Assembly (NCBI RefSeq): GCF_006345805.1 | Contig: NW_021834661.1 | Span: 1-59,633 of the forward strand | Direction of reading: 5' to 3' | DNA: 59,633 nucleotides | Origin: Octopus sinensis | Taxonomy: Eukaryota | In this document: positions 1 to 13,110 of the stretch, one piece after another | Numbering within the stretch: the stretch's first letter is position 1 | Layout of the letters: every line of letters begins with the position of its first letter | Notes under the pieces: model-generated | Databases searched by the model: none | What the model was told of the DNA's origin: nothing | What the model saw: only the letters and a program-made list of their open reading frames with translations | Made by a program: the position numbers and the translations under genes

Positions 1-415
1 TATATATATATATATACATTCATTTATAGTGTCATGAACACACACACACACACTCACACACATACCACAAACACACACACACAAACACAGACACAAACAG
101 AATATATATATATATTTTTATAATAATATATATATATGAACAATGCCTATATTCTGAACATCTATATAAGTGTGTGCGCGCATATATATATATATATATA
201 TATTAATTATATATATATATATATACATATATTTTTTTTTGATTTATAACATATATGTATATATATACTTATATATATACTTATATATATACATACATAT
301 ATGATTATACAATATATATGTATATATATATGCTTATATATGTATACTTATATATATATATATACTTATATATGTACGTATATATATAAATATATATATA
401 TACTTATATATATAC

Positions 416-450
<35 letters not shown>

Positions 451-463
451 TATGTATATATAT

Positions 464-551
<88 letters not shown>

Positions 552-931
552 GTACAAAGAGGTTATTTCTGGAACACTGTATGTACGCAATATTTAAAAG
601 TAATAACATAATTACACATCTATTGACTAAGGAACTAATCGATGTTCAAATATCTGTAAATTCTCGTATAAATAGTTAATGGAAAAGATATTTTGGAGAA
701 TACAATATGATTGAGTAATAATGTAGGTCCAGATTGCGTATATATTGAATAGGAAACAGATAAACGTGATATATATCTAATATAGGTTCAATAGGATGCG
801 AATAAATGTGGTGCTGATCAGAGAGACATAGGATGTAATGTGAAGAAAATCTATGTAACTTACATCGTATATTGACTCTCCGTCATTTTAGAGTTTACAA
901 CAGTCAATGTTCCTGTTCCTCCTCTACTCAA

Positions 932-1011
<80 letters not shown>

Positions 1012-1976
1012 GATATAATATATATATATATATATGCATTATGTAGTATATATGTATATATGTATGTATGTTCATACTGAAAAAGGACAGATAGAAAGAA
1101 AGATAGATAGAAAAAGAAATATATGTGTGTGTGTTTGTATCGAAATATAATTAAAAAAAACAATTTAACGTTAGACTAAAAATTGCTTGACATTACTGTA
1201 GAGTACATATTTGTTATATTTCTACAAGAAGGTTGACTCCGAAATTTTGTCCCTCAAATTTCCTTACACAAACACTAAATACGCACATATATACATATAT
1301 ACACATACATATACATAAATACATACATACATATATGTATGCATATATATATATATGAGTATATATATATGTGTATATATATATGTATATATGTATGTAT
1401 ATAAATACATTATATATGTATATATGTATATATATATATATGCATACATATATATATATAAGTGTTATATACATATGAATACATATACCAACACATACAA
1501 CTGAAAATAGGTATGTATATATAGTATATTATATATATATATATATAATATATATTCATACATATACGTATGCATATACATACATACATACATACATACA
1601 TACATACATACATACATACATACATACATACATACATACATACATACATACATACATACATACACGCATATACATATATATGAAAGTAAGTGCACTGAAA
1701 TATACATTCATGTGTGTGAGAGGATTTCATCATCTCTGTCGTATGTGCAATTAGACAGAGATGTAGATATGTGAGTCAAAGGCTGGTCACTCCGGAATCA
1801 TTTCGTGTTGTTTACGAACAGTTAAATTCTTTGATAACAGTAGGAACTCTCATAATGGAGTTGGTCCAACTGGATGTTACTGTGTATACGTATGTGTATG
1901 TATATATTATATATATATGTATCTATATATTATATATATATAAACATATGTAAATATAAAAACGCTCATGTATGAG

Positions 1977-2014
<38 letters not shown>

Positions 2015-2352
2015 AGCATAAATGTGTATATATGTACTTATATCGATATACATATATGTGTATATGTATATATATATATAGGACATTCCACGGATGTCTA
2101 TAAAATGAATATATATATATACATAAACGTATATATTTATACAGATACATACATATGCTACATACAAACTATATGTACATCTGTATATGTACTAATATAT
2201 TATATATAAAATATATGCATACTATATATATTTATGTATATATGTGTACACACACATATACATATATATGTATCTATAACTATTAACCAATATCTATTAT
2301 ATGTATGTGTTTGATATGTATGTGTATATATAGAAGTGTGCGTGTTTATATT

Positions 2353-2395
<43 letters not shown>

Positions 2396-2455
2396 TATAT
2401 TATTATATATATATATATGTATATACATACCATACATACATACATCTTATATATC
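1..2455. repeat. Compound (TA)n/(CA)n/(CATA)n microsatellite field with short unique spacers
   Basis: Visible dinucleotide and tetranucleotide runs, e.g. (CATA)n at ~1575-1665. The IY/CV/TH/MYVC-repeat ORFs are translations of these runs. Confidence 0.95.
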
Positions 2456-3609
2456 ACTAATATATCGCTACAGCACTAGCGAAACTTATACCTGAAAGCG
2501 AATCGATGCAGAAAGATATAGGTTTACAAGTGTTGCTCTGCCAAAAAGCCTTTCATTGGACCTTCTTCATTCTCCTTTCTCTGAATCGGTCAACAATCGC
2601 TTTGTAGCCAGTTCAGGGAACACGAACGTGAGAGCATACAATTGATTACTCAGTTACAATCGTCTCTATTTAGTTCGATCATTCGATTACCGAAATCAAA
2701 TGAAACTCCTTAACGTGTCTATGGTGTCTCTATGCATTTGTGCGTCGATATATTCATCAATGCCTTTCTTGTCCTTTTTCTTTATTTTATTTTATATTTC
2801 TTTTTACATATTCCACCATTAAGCCCAATCCTTTATGTGATTGAATTCCAGCGCATTTGTTCCGCTCTCGTTTTATCTTGTTAACGTAGTTTTATGCAAA
2901 TGCCAGCACGAGAGAGAAAAAATTAGTCCATACAGAACATACTCACATTCACACAAAAACACGTTATATTAACTAATACCAGTCTTCTTTATATTCAATA
3001 TTAATTGCCTTCAATTCGTTTTATGCAACCGATCCTAACTCCTTTTATTTTAAAATGAACTATGGGTTTAAATTCGACTGTTATATTATTTGAAATATCA
3101 TTTCCTGTCTCTGTTTTAGCGCTAAATTGAAAACGGCGGATAAAAAACAAGGGTTGTATTAAATTAAATTATATTTGTTTTTGTTTCGCTCTTAGAAATG
3201 TTTTTTCTTTCTACTTTTTTTTTCTTTTTGTTTGTTTGTTAAAATTATACTTCTGTTAAATTAAAACTGATGGTTTAACATATTTTTTAACAATAAAATA
3301 TATTGGAATTTTCCACAATAAACGGTGTTTTTGTTGTCTTCTTCAACCGCTGAGGTTATAACTTAAATGGTATTTTATACGACTTTAAATGCTAGTTTCA
3401 GCCAGAGGAGAGTAATTGACATATCTGTAGCTTCGTATAAAAAAATTACAGAACCTCATTAAAAGCAAAAGGTTGGCAAGTTTTTCTAAAGTAATCATTA
3501 ATTTTAGGAAACATTATCCTTTTTATTATCTGTTAGGAAACAGAGATGGCAGAAACTTTGGAGCATCGGAAAAAAAAACACGCTTTCACTTTACGGTATT
3601 TCTTTTGGC

Positions 3610-3990
3610 TCCTTACGTTCTGCGTTCAAACCACGCCAAGGTCAAATTTGCTTTATATTCTATCGAGATTGATAAAATAAAGCACGAGTCAAGTACTGGA
3701 TCCAGTGCAATCGCTTAACCTCCACTTCCTGAAATTCTAGCCTTGTGCCAAATTTTGAAAAGAATAATTATGATCGGGTGTCCGAAGGCGGCGAGTTGGC
3801 AGAATCGTCAGTCTCAGAAAATTGCAGCTGTTAGCATTCTGGTTCGAAATCCCGCCGATGTCAACTTTGATTTTGATACTTTTGCGGTTGGTAGAATAAA
3901 CTACCAGTCATGAACTGGGGTCGACGCTATGGACTAAACTCCTATCCCTCAAAGTCGCTGGCTGTGTACCCAAATTTGGACAAAATATAT
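3610..3990 (+). mobile_element. Two old, degraded copies of tRNA-headed SINE family B
   Basis: ggcggcgagttggcagaatcgt (A-box-like) and ggttcgaaatcccgcc (B-box-like) at ~3785-3855. The body resembles the younger copies at 26421-26648. Confidence 0.6.
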
Positions 3991-4112
3991 TTTGGCTGTA
4001 GATTAGCAAATTTGTTTGAATGTCAGAAAAAGCCACTTTTTGGTGTTTTTAGAATAAAATTTTTGGTTTAGTCACATTTCAGAAATGATTTTTTAAATTA
4101 AAAGTTAGTAAT

Positions 4113-4152
4113 ATAGGCGTAGGAGTGGCTGTGTGGTAAGTAGCTCGCTTAC
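4113..4152 (+). mobile_element. 5' tRNA-like head of SINE family A, interrupted by insertions
   Basis: ataggcgtaggagtggctgtgtggtaagtagctcgcttac matches the heads of the intact copies at 55791 (+) and 40178 (-). Confidence 0.85.
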
Positions 4153-4536
4153 CTCAGTCGTGGAAAGACGTGTTCTTTTTTTGGCGGTGAGTCAAACGTA
4201 TTGTTGCACGTGGATAATTTTTTTCTATTGGAATTAGATGGAAGCCTGTGGCGAGGAAGCTGGGAGTGTTTGGCACCAGGTAAGTGGAAGCCAAAAACAG
4301 GAAAGAAAAAGCAAGGGGTCTACCCTGGTGGTCGGATGTCTATCCTTCAGAGAAGCCATTACAAATTTCATTTGTACTGAGCAACGCTTAAGTCAAAAGC
4401 TATAAAAATATTTATTAAATTATTGTATTTTTAAATTGTAAATATTTAATCGCTACAGCTACTTCACCCTTTTATATTTGTTTGTCCTTGTTCGTCCCCT
4501 CTTTGTAATGCCTTCATGGCAAATATTTAGGAAATT
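4153..4536 (+). mobile_element. 384-bp insertion (element X) flanked by a 15-bp target-site duplication
   Basis: aagtagctcgcttac occurs at 4138-4152 and again at 4537-4551. The 3' tail tttgtttgtccttgttcgtcccctctttgtaatgcc resembles the SINE-B tail. Confidence 0.7.
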
Positions 4537-4551
4537 AAGTAGCTCGCTTAC

Positions 4552-5060
4552 TTCCTACTGCGCATGAGTTGTTTGTTGTCAGTGTGCGCATGAGTCGTTG
4601 TGTTGTGCGTATCACTGAAAGAGATAGCCGGCTAGCTGGTGAAGAAGTTGCCCCAGCTGTAAGGTAAGGCTTTTGTTTTTTGGGTCCAGTGGGAGTTGTT
4701 GTTTGTGGTAATATTTTTACAAGCAAGGAGTCCTCTCTAGATTCTGGACTCTGGCCTGCCTGTAGTTGGGATAAGACTGTTCACATTAAGTGAATATTTT
4801 TTCTCATTGTGAGAAGTGTTGTTTGGTGGGCGTGTCTCGCGACCAAAATTTGTGAAAATTTTATAAAATTCGTGGAGGATTTTTCTGTGTTCCCTGCTTC
4901 TGGACCTGGAGTACTTGATTGGAGTACCAAGTTGTGGAAAACCTGTCAGCCAGGGTTGCCGGAGGACAGAAGAGTATTTGCCGTGGATTGAACTGTCTTC
5001 GTTCTTTTTCTCTGCTCCGTCTTTCTGTCACCGGGAAGACCAAAGTATTATGCATTGTTT
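4552..5060 (+). mobile_element. Uncharacterised interspersed repeat family D
   Basis: Shares blocks (aggtaaggc, cagtggg, gggcgtgtc, tgaactgtctt...gtctttctg) with 22215-22698 (-) and 29221-29320 (+). Confidence 0.6.
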
Positions 5061-5289
5061 TAGAAGGAAACTGAAAGAAGCCCCTCGTATGTGTGTATAT
5101 AAGTTCACGTGTGTATGTGTGTGTGTTGTGTGCATATTCATTGGATTGGACTAGATTGTCTGTGGCTGGTTCACTGTAGAATGAAGGCCTCAGCATGTTC
5201 TCTCTACCAACTATGGTCAGATGTGGAGGTCGTGAATTTGAGCTTGAGATCATATTGGTTTTGATGATCCTACGCTGCTACACTGGCTT

Positions 5290-5652
5290 GACATGGATTG
5301 GCAGAGGAATGCAGTTTTTATACTCCCACCCAGGAGCAGTTAAATCGATTATACTAACCCCATTGCTCAACCTGTACTTACGTGATCAACTCCGAAATGA
5401 TGAAAGGCAAAGTCAGCTACGGTTGAATTTTAATTGTGGACGTAAGGACGGACGAAATACCTATTTCTTTACTACCCACAAGGGGCTAAACACAGAGAGG
5501 ACAAACAAGGACAGAAAAACGGATTAAGTCGATTATATCGACCCCAGTGCGTAACTGGTACTTAATTTATCGACCCCGAAAGGATGAAAGGCAAAGTCGG
5601 ACGAAATACCGTTAAGTATTTCGGTCGGCGTGCTAACGACTCTGCCAGTTCT
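5290..5652 (-). mobile_element. Old SINE-B copy containing a nested 5'-truncated young SINE-B (5462-5598)
   Basis: 12-bp direct repeat ggacgaaatacc at 5450-5461 and 5599-5610 flanks the young segment. Confidence 0.75.
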
Positions 5653-5658
5653 GTGTGT

Positions 5659-5730
<72 letters not shown>

Positions 5731-6138
5731 AACGGAGGAAGAGAGAAACAAGACGGATAGAACTACAGGGAAAGAGAGAGGGACTATTCACCAATCATTA
5801 ACAGATATGCTGGTCATTTTGACCTAAATTCGTTATGGTCTATTAAAAGTTACTTCTCTTCTACAATCAGGCGGTATCTTATGTTCTAACGGAATCTAAT
5901 TAAAGCTGCCGAACCATTTCTTTCACCAAAAATCGCTTGATTCCACATGATGTGAGCTCTAAAAGTGTTCCTTCACCAAGAGCGCAGCTGGAATAACAGA
6001 ATACTTATTCGACAACAAAGGAAATTTATGCAAATGAGACGATGTCGAAGCTGATTGGCGGACAATTGTCCACCATAATGAACAGTAAAGATACAATAGA
6101 GTCTGTGCGAGATGTTATCACTCGAAGTTAACCTGTTC

Positions 6139-6610
6139 TGTGGTGGTGGTGGTGGTGGTGGTGGTGGTGGTGGTGGTGGCGGCGGTGGCGGCTGGTGGCG
6201 GCGGCGGCGGCGGCGGCGGCGGTGGGGTGGCGGCGGCGGTCGCGGCGGTGGGGCGGCGGCGGTGGGCGGCGGTGGCGGCGGCGGTGGCGGGGGGGGATGG
6301 TGGTGTTGATGCTCATTATACTAGTAGTGGTGGTGGTGCGGTGGGGGATGGTGGGGGTGTTGGAGGAGCGGCGGTGGCCATTATAGTTATGATAATGATG
6401 ATGATGTCGAGGAGGAGGAGGATAGAGGCAGAAGTGATGGTGGTGGTGGTGACGATAATGATAAAGACGAGTTTGATGATGACGATGATGATGACGGTGG
6501 TGTTGATGATGACGATGATGATACTGATGGTGGTGGTGGTGGTGGTGGTGACGAACATGATGTCGATTATGACAACGATGACGATGACCATGTCGATGAC
6601 TACGACGACG
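6139..6610. repeat. (GGT)n/(GGC)n/(GAT)n trinucleotide low-complexity tract
   Basis: Direct reading; produces poly-G/V/A/M pseudo-ORFs. Confidence 0.95.
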
Positions 6611-7345
6611 TGAACGATATACGAACGCTTAGAAAGTTTAAGAACCTGCGAATACAAAGAGAGCAAAGCAAATCCTTTCCGTCATCTTACAGCAATTCCT
6701 GTAATATGCGCCATTTTATTGTCAGATGCCCTTGTGAAACACCGACAGCCACAACGGAAAAGATGAGCCTTCGAAAAGAAAAAAAGCTGTACAGTCCCAC
6801 TGTGTGGTGTCTTAGGCTAGTGTATAGCCCTGGGTCGACTAATATCCTGTGAGTGGATTTGATAAGCAAAAAGGAAGTACGATGACTATTTCCCTCGCAA
6901 TCCCCAGGGACAGGACTTTTCTATTTTGTCTGCAGGTGCCATGAGAAAAGTTCCTATTTTGTGAGAAGCAACTACAACAGCAACATGGTTCAAATTCCGC
7001 CGTAATCAACTTTGCCAGTAAAAAGAAGGCCCTGGATGTATTTTTGCGCGTCCTGGTCTTGAGATCAGGAAATGGCTGTAAACGAGTCTCCCTATCATAC
7101 AAGGGTGTCCTTCGCTTCTAAGTTGGATGCCACTCGGTATAGAACCCGAATGGATAGAAGACACTATCGAATGCATAGACATACATACATACATACATAC
7201 ATACATACCATACATACATACATACATATATGTATATATATATATGTGTGTGTGTGTGAATGAGTGTGTGTGTGTGTGAGTGTGTGTGTGTGTGTGTGTG
7301 TGGTGTGTGTGTGTGTGTGTGTGTTGGCAAATAATCTTTACTATA

Positions 7346-7551
7346 TACTCTGTTACTCTTTTACTTGTTTCAGTCGTTTGACTGCGACCATGCTGGAGCA
7401 CCGCCTTTAGTCGAGCAAATCGACTCCAGAACTTATTCTTTGTAAGCCTAGTACTTATTCTATCGGTCTCTTTAGCCGAACCGTTATGTTGCGGGGATTT
7501 AAACACACCAGCGTCTGTTGCCAAGCGATGTTGGGAGGACAAACACAGACA

Positions 7552-7595
<44 letters not shown>

Positions 7596-7614
7596 ATACA
7601 CACACACATACACG

Positions 7615-7656
<42 letters not shown>

Positions 7657-7703
7657 CGACGGGCTTCTTTCAGTTTCAGTCTACCAAATCCACTCACAAG
7701 GCT
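7346..7703 (-). mobile_element. SINE family A copy (5'-truncated) with internal CA/TA microsatellite
   Basis: Tail cttgtttcagtc(g)tttgactgc...catgctggagcac and body cttctttcagtttc...ctaccaaatccactcacaaggct shared with many copies. Confidence 0.9.
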
Positions 7704-7734
7704 CACATGTTCGGCCATGTGGTTCGGAGCGGCG

Positions 7735-7921
7735 ATGGAGAGGAGGCTGGAATATTAACTTACTTCAAAGGTAAGGGTTGGCGACAGCAACAGGAAGGGC
7801 ATCCGGGGGCTGAAAATCTTTCCCCTGACGAATTCCACTTGGCCTATACAAACGTGGAAAAATCGACGCCTAAACGATGATGGTGGTGATGGTAATGATG
7901 ATGATGACGACGATGATGATA

Positions 7922-7952
<31 letters not shown>

Positions 7953-7963
7953 CGATGATGATA

Positions 7964-7997
<34 letters not shown>

Positions 7998-8260
7998 CGA
8001 CGACAATAACAATGATGATAATGATGATGAGGAGGGCTGGGGAAGAACGGGATATTGGTGGTGATGATGACGGTGATGACGAAAATGAAGACGCGGGCAA
8101 TGACAATGACAACGGCGACGATAACGATGATGACGACGTTGATGATGACGATGATGATGATGACGATTATGATGATGACATTAACGACGACGACGAGGAT
8201 GATGATAATGAAGGGGACGACGGCAACGTCGATGACGATGAAGAGGAGGAGGGAGAGAAG
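7735..8260 (+). mobile_element. SINE 3' tail (…ggttggcgacag…gaagggcatcc…aaacgatgatg) running into a (GAT)n/(GAC)n tract
   Basis: Tail ends in aaacgatgatggtg and passes directly into ~380 bp of GAT repeats, as for retroposon tails with trinucleotide ends. Confidence 0.55.
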
Positions 8261-8461
8261 AAATAGGAAGAAAAGGAAGAATAGGAGGAGGAGCTGGTGG
8301 TGGTGGCGATAGTGGTAGTGGTAATAATGGTGGTGGTGAGGGAAGGAGGAGGAGAAGGAAGAGGAGGATGATGAAACAATTTCGAACATTGTAGATAATA
8401 CGCATAAAACCGCGACTGAAAACAATATAATTTTCCTTGCTTCCTGTACATTAATTTAGCG

Positions 8462-8492
<31 letters not shown>

Positions 8493-8536
8493 ATATATAT
8501 AATATATATATATATATATAATGTGTATATATATAT

Positions 8537-8602
<66 letters not shown>

Positions 8603-8609
8603 GTATATG

Positions 8610-8657
<48 letters not shown>

Positions 8658-8970
8658 AGGAACGTTCTATATTGAAACCGGATAAAAGTCTAGGATTATA
8701 GTTAATAAGATTTCAAAATGTCGGGTATAATCCAGAAATAGAATGCTATTTTCATGTCCAGGTAAGTAAGGAATACAGGAATGGAAATAAAACCGTTTCG
8801 TCTTTTTTATTCAAGAAACATATTCTTTCTACACATTTGTTAATCTTAGATCACATGACCCTTTAGTAATCTCATGTATCCATTTGTTATTTTTTAAAGA
8901 GAAAATATATTCTTCTGATCGACAACAATAAACATTGACAGGCGTACATATGTATGTGTGTGCATATATA

Positions 8971-9015
<45 letters not shown>

Positions 9016-9055
9016 TTATATATATATATATATATATATATAAATGTGTATATAT

Positions 9056-9127
<72 letters not shown>

Positions 9128-9198
9128 TGTATATGTTATGTATGTTTTTATAAAATAGAAAATTTCTGTGTAAATCTCTCTGATGAAATCGCAATACA

Positions 9199-9755
9199 CA
9201 GGCGTAGGAATGGCTGTGTGGTTTGTTGCCTCATGAATAATATATGAGATCAACGTTCTCGGAAAAGAACGATCGGTGGGCGTCGCTTTTTCCCCCTCTT
9301 TCAATCATAATTTTCATTTTTCATTTCATATAACATTATGTCTGTGTCCAGCCCGCAGCTTCCTATCTCTATGTAAGGCCTTTATGGGCAATATAATCAA
9401 ATAAAGAAGCTTACTTCCCTGCCACATAGCTCCAGGTTCAATCCCACTGCGTGGCAGCTTGGGCAAGTGTCTTCCACTATAGCCTATGGCTAACCAAAAC
9501 CTTGTGAGTAGATTTGAGAGACGGAAACTGAAAGAAGCCCTTGGTATATATGTATATATGTATATATTTATGTGTGTGTGTCTTTGTGTCTGTTTGTCCC
9601 CCTAACACCATCGCTTGACAACCCCGTTACTTAGCAGTCCGATAGAATAAGTACTTGACTTACAAAGAGAATAAGCACTGGAGTTGACCCATTAAGGCAG
9701 TGCTCCAGCCTAGCCGCAGTCAAATGATTGAAACAAGTAAAAGAATAAAAGAAAT
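9199..9755 (+). mobile_element. SINE family A copy split by a ~180-bp insertion (9223-9403)
   Basis: Head ggcgtaggaatggctgtgtggt ends at 9222 and resumes as aagaagcttacttccc at 9404. The tail ends gaaacaagtaaaaga. Confidence 0.8.
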
Positions 9756-9784
9756 ATATCCATGCAGACAAAAATACCCAGCTG

Positions 9785-9892
9785 TTGTTGCTGTTAAAAT
9801 TGCAATGGAGGAATCTTGGATCTGGGTTAGAAACCGGTTCTTTCTCTATTGGCAAGAAATCTTGAAATAAACTGAATAATGACATACATATA
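9785..9892. repeat. ~110-bp interspersed repeat, reverse complement of 46081-46192
   Basis: agaaaccggttctttctctattggcaagaaatcttgaaataaactgaataat matches 46081-46135 in opposite orientation. Confidence 0.8.
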
Positions 9893-10489
9893 GGCACATG
9901 CGAAGTGTTTCTTTGTATATAACACGAAATCTTTTCCCTTAAAAATTTTTTCGTTAACCTCCTACCACCACCTCCGCCACCAACATTACCACTACTACGA
10001 ACATTATTACAACTGCCACTACTGCCACCACCACATCTCCACCACCACCATCACCACCACCACCACCACCACCATCATCACTGCTACAACTACTACTACT
10101 ACTACTACCAACACTACTTCCACCTCCGCTAAAACATCACACTAACACCAACACCTCCACTACCACCACCAACACTACCACTACCACCACAACGTCTCTC
10201 TCCCCCACTCCTTCTGCCTATCACACACATCACTGACAAAAGTACCTTTAAATCTCTAGAAATTTCTTTTGATTAAATTTTTTTAAATACTAAAATCTTT
10301 GTCCTTTGTCTTTTCGACCTCTTCCCCCTTTCTTATATTTCTCCTTCATATTTCTGTCTGTTTGTCTCTCAAACTTTCTCTCTCTTTCTCTCTCACTCTC
10401 TATCTATCTATTTCCCTCTTTCTTTCTCTCTATATTATTTTTCCTTTTCATCATATCTGATTTTGCCGTTTGCAACCTTAATACTTCTA

Positions 10490-10572
<83 letters not shown>

Positions 10573-11338
10573 ATGTGTGTGTGTCTTGTATGGTGTGTGT
10601 TTGTATGTGTATACATACTGTTACGAAAATGTTTTGGAAAGAAAAAAAGTGGATTTTCGTTTAGGCATATTGATTCGAATATATATACCCATATATATAT
10701 ATATATATATATTAATATATATATATTATATATATATATATTATATATATATGAGTATATATATACATATAAATATATATATTATATATCTGATGATAGA
10801 AATGTCGTGTGACTAATCTTGAAACGTACGTTCTCAAATAACCTTTGCACTGATTTTTAATGTCTCTACCCCCATATTTGCGTGAGTTGAATTGAGCAAA
10901 CACTATATGAGAGAGGTTTTCTTTAAGTATTAGAAATAGTTTTAAAAAAGTTTTTTAGCTGCTATTTCTAATGAGTTCAGTATGCGGCAAAGTAATTTAT
11001 TTTACTAAGCCCTTTTATATAATGTAATAATTTGAATTCGCCTTAAATGGTCTCTTTGCATACTGAATACTTGGTGAAATTGATTAATTAATTAATTTTA
11101 CCCCTCAATGTTGAAATTATAATTCATCTCTCTCTATATAATGCCGCGGACTTTACCGAAAAAAGCATAGTGTTTACTGATTTTAACCCACGCTGGTGGA
11201 AAGGGGAGAGCAGAAATTCTTCGCTTGCATTTTTGGGTTTGTTGGCACTGTTAATTGGGAGCAGATCTTCAGAAGCGAGAGGAAGCCGAAAGGGTATGCT
11301 CCCACTTTCAGTGTTTTCAAATCCAAACCAGGGAGTTC

Positions 11339-11390
11339 TGAGCTGATGATAGAAATGTCGTGTTGACTAATCTTGAAACGTACGTTCTCA
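11339..11390 (+). ncRNA. Type I hammerhead ribozyme motif (second array unit)
   Basis: TGAG-CTGATGA-T AGA..GTC/GAC..TCT T-GAAA-C GTAC G-TT-CTCA. Stem I TGAG/CTCA; palindromic stem III ACGTACGT; predicted cleavage after 11386. Confidence 0.75.
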
Positions 11391-11894
11391 AATAACCTTT
11401 GCACTTGATTTTTTAATGTCTCTACCCCCATATTTGCGTGAGTTGAAGTGAGCAAACACTATATGAGAGAGGTTTTCTTTAAGTATTAGAAATAGTTTTT
11501 AAAAGTTTTTTAGCTGCTATTCTAATGAGTTCAGTATGCGGCAAAGTAATTTATTGTTACTAAGCCCTTTTATATAATGTAATAATTTGAATTCGCCTTA
11601 AATGGTCTCTTTGCATACTGAATACTTGGTGAAATTGATTAATTAATTAATTTTACCCTCAATTGTTGAAATTATAATTCATCTCTCTCTATATAATGCC
11701 GCGGACTTTACCGAAAAAAGCATAGTGTTTACTGATTTTTACCCACGCTGGTGGAAAGGGGGGAGAGCAGAAATTCTTCGCTTGCATTTTTGGGTTGTTG
11801 GCACTGTTAATTGGGAGCAGATCTTCAGAAGCGAGAGGAAGCCGAAAGGGTATGCTCCCACTTTCAGTGTTTTCAAATCCAAACCAGGGAGTTC

Positions 11895-11946
11895 TGAGCT
11901 GATGATAGAAATGTCGTGTTGACTAATCTTGAAACGTACGTTCTCA
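11895..11946 (+). ncRNA. Type I hammerhead ribozyme motif (third array unit)
   Basis: Same motif as 11339-11390; predicted cleavage after 11942. Confidence 0.75.
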
Positions 11947-12246
11947 AATAACTTTTGCACTTGATTTTTTAATGTCTCTACCCCCATATTTGCGTGAGTT
12001 GAATGAGCAAACACTATATGAGAGAGGTTTTCTTTAAGTATTAGAAATAGTTTTAAAAAAGTTTTTTAGCTGCTATTTCTAATGAGTTCAGTATGCGGCA
12101 AAGTAATTTATTTTACTAAGCCCTTTTATATAATGTAATAATTTGAATTCGCCTTAAATGGTCCCTTTGCATACTGAATATTGGTGAAATTGATTAATTA
12201 ATTAATTTTACCCTCAATTGTTGAAATTATATATATATATAATATA

Positions 12247-12288
<42 letters not shown>

Positions 12289-12321
12289 TATATATATACA
12301 TATAAATATATATATATATAT

Positions 12322-12406
<85 letters not shown>

Positions 12407-12909
12407 GTACATATCCGCTTTTTCACTAAGACTAACTGTCGATTTCCATCAACCAATCAAATTTACATATTTGCTTTCAAACACTTCGTGACATTCCGAA
12501 AGATCCTGAATTTATGTGTACAAATAATGATGTTTGGAATTTATATATATACGTAAGATATAATGTTATATGATATCTATATAAATATGTGTGTGTGTAT
12601 AAAATTAATCAAAGGACATACTAAGTATGTCTACCTGCTGGAAATAACTGTCAAACTCTTATTTAAATCGCCAAAATACACTGATGATAACTACAGAAAT
12701 CAAACGAAAGCAGATCAGGTTAATAAAATCTCCCAACGTACATTTAAGTATCTGGACTCACGTGGACCGGTTTCTGCACTGGCAAAAAATCGCCTTAGCT
12801 TCTTCAGCACATGTTACCATGATAGAAACCCGAACCTATCGTATTGAAGTCTGCGCTGCAACAGATTCGTTTTGCTCCGAAATCAACTACAGCCACCAGT
12901 GAGGAAATA

Positions 12910-13090
12910 CTCTCGATACAAGGGCAAACAATTCGCGAGAAAATAATAATTCTCGAAAAATTAATTTGCTATTAATATTATTGATTGTGTTATTTTTTTT
13001 AAATAGTCATTCCATATAATAATTAATATCTTAGCAAATTATTTTTTCGAGAATTATTTTTTTTTGCGAATTGTTTGCCCTTGTATCGAG
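12910..13090. mobile_element. MITE with ~60-bp imperfect terminal inverted repeats, TA-flanked (Tc1/mariner-type)
   Basis: ctcgatacaagggcaaacaattcgc...ttctcgaaaaattaatttgcta on the left versus tagcaaattatttttt cgagaa...gcgaattgtttgcccttgtatcgag on the right, with TA at both ends. Confidence 0.8.
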
Positions 13091-13110
13091 TATATATATA
13101 TTTACATATA

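Larger units (their letters stand above)
10790..12230 (+). mobile_element. Tandem array (~2.6 units, ~555 bp) of a non-coding hammerhead-containing unit in a (TA)n tract; retrozyme or Penelope pLTR-like
   Basis: Near-identical units with CTGATGA at 10790, 11343 and 11899, each followed by GAAACGTACGTT. No meaningful ORF. Confidence 0.85.

Noticed and set aside
6005-6135. Short open frame NTYSTTKEIYANETMSKLIGGQLSTIMNSKDTIESVRDVITRS
   Set aside because: No convincing donor site or homology.
8785-8820. GACGAAACGGTT hammerhead-like relic; also similar weak relics at ~22130, ~23670, ~45375-45425, ~52945-52985 and ~57925
   Set aside because: The CUGANGA core has multiple substitutions or stems fail to pair; indistinguishable from chance.
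11183-12014. Repeated 90-aa ORFs in the 555-bp array
   Set aside because: Antisense to the ribozyme strand, disrupted by indels between units, and no recognisable motif.
10790-12230. CRISPR-like or satellite interpretation of the tandem array
   Set aside because: Units are ~555 bp with no unique spacers; eukaryotic context; only 2.6 copies.
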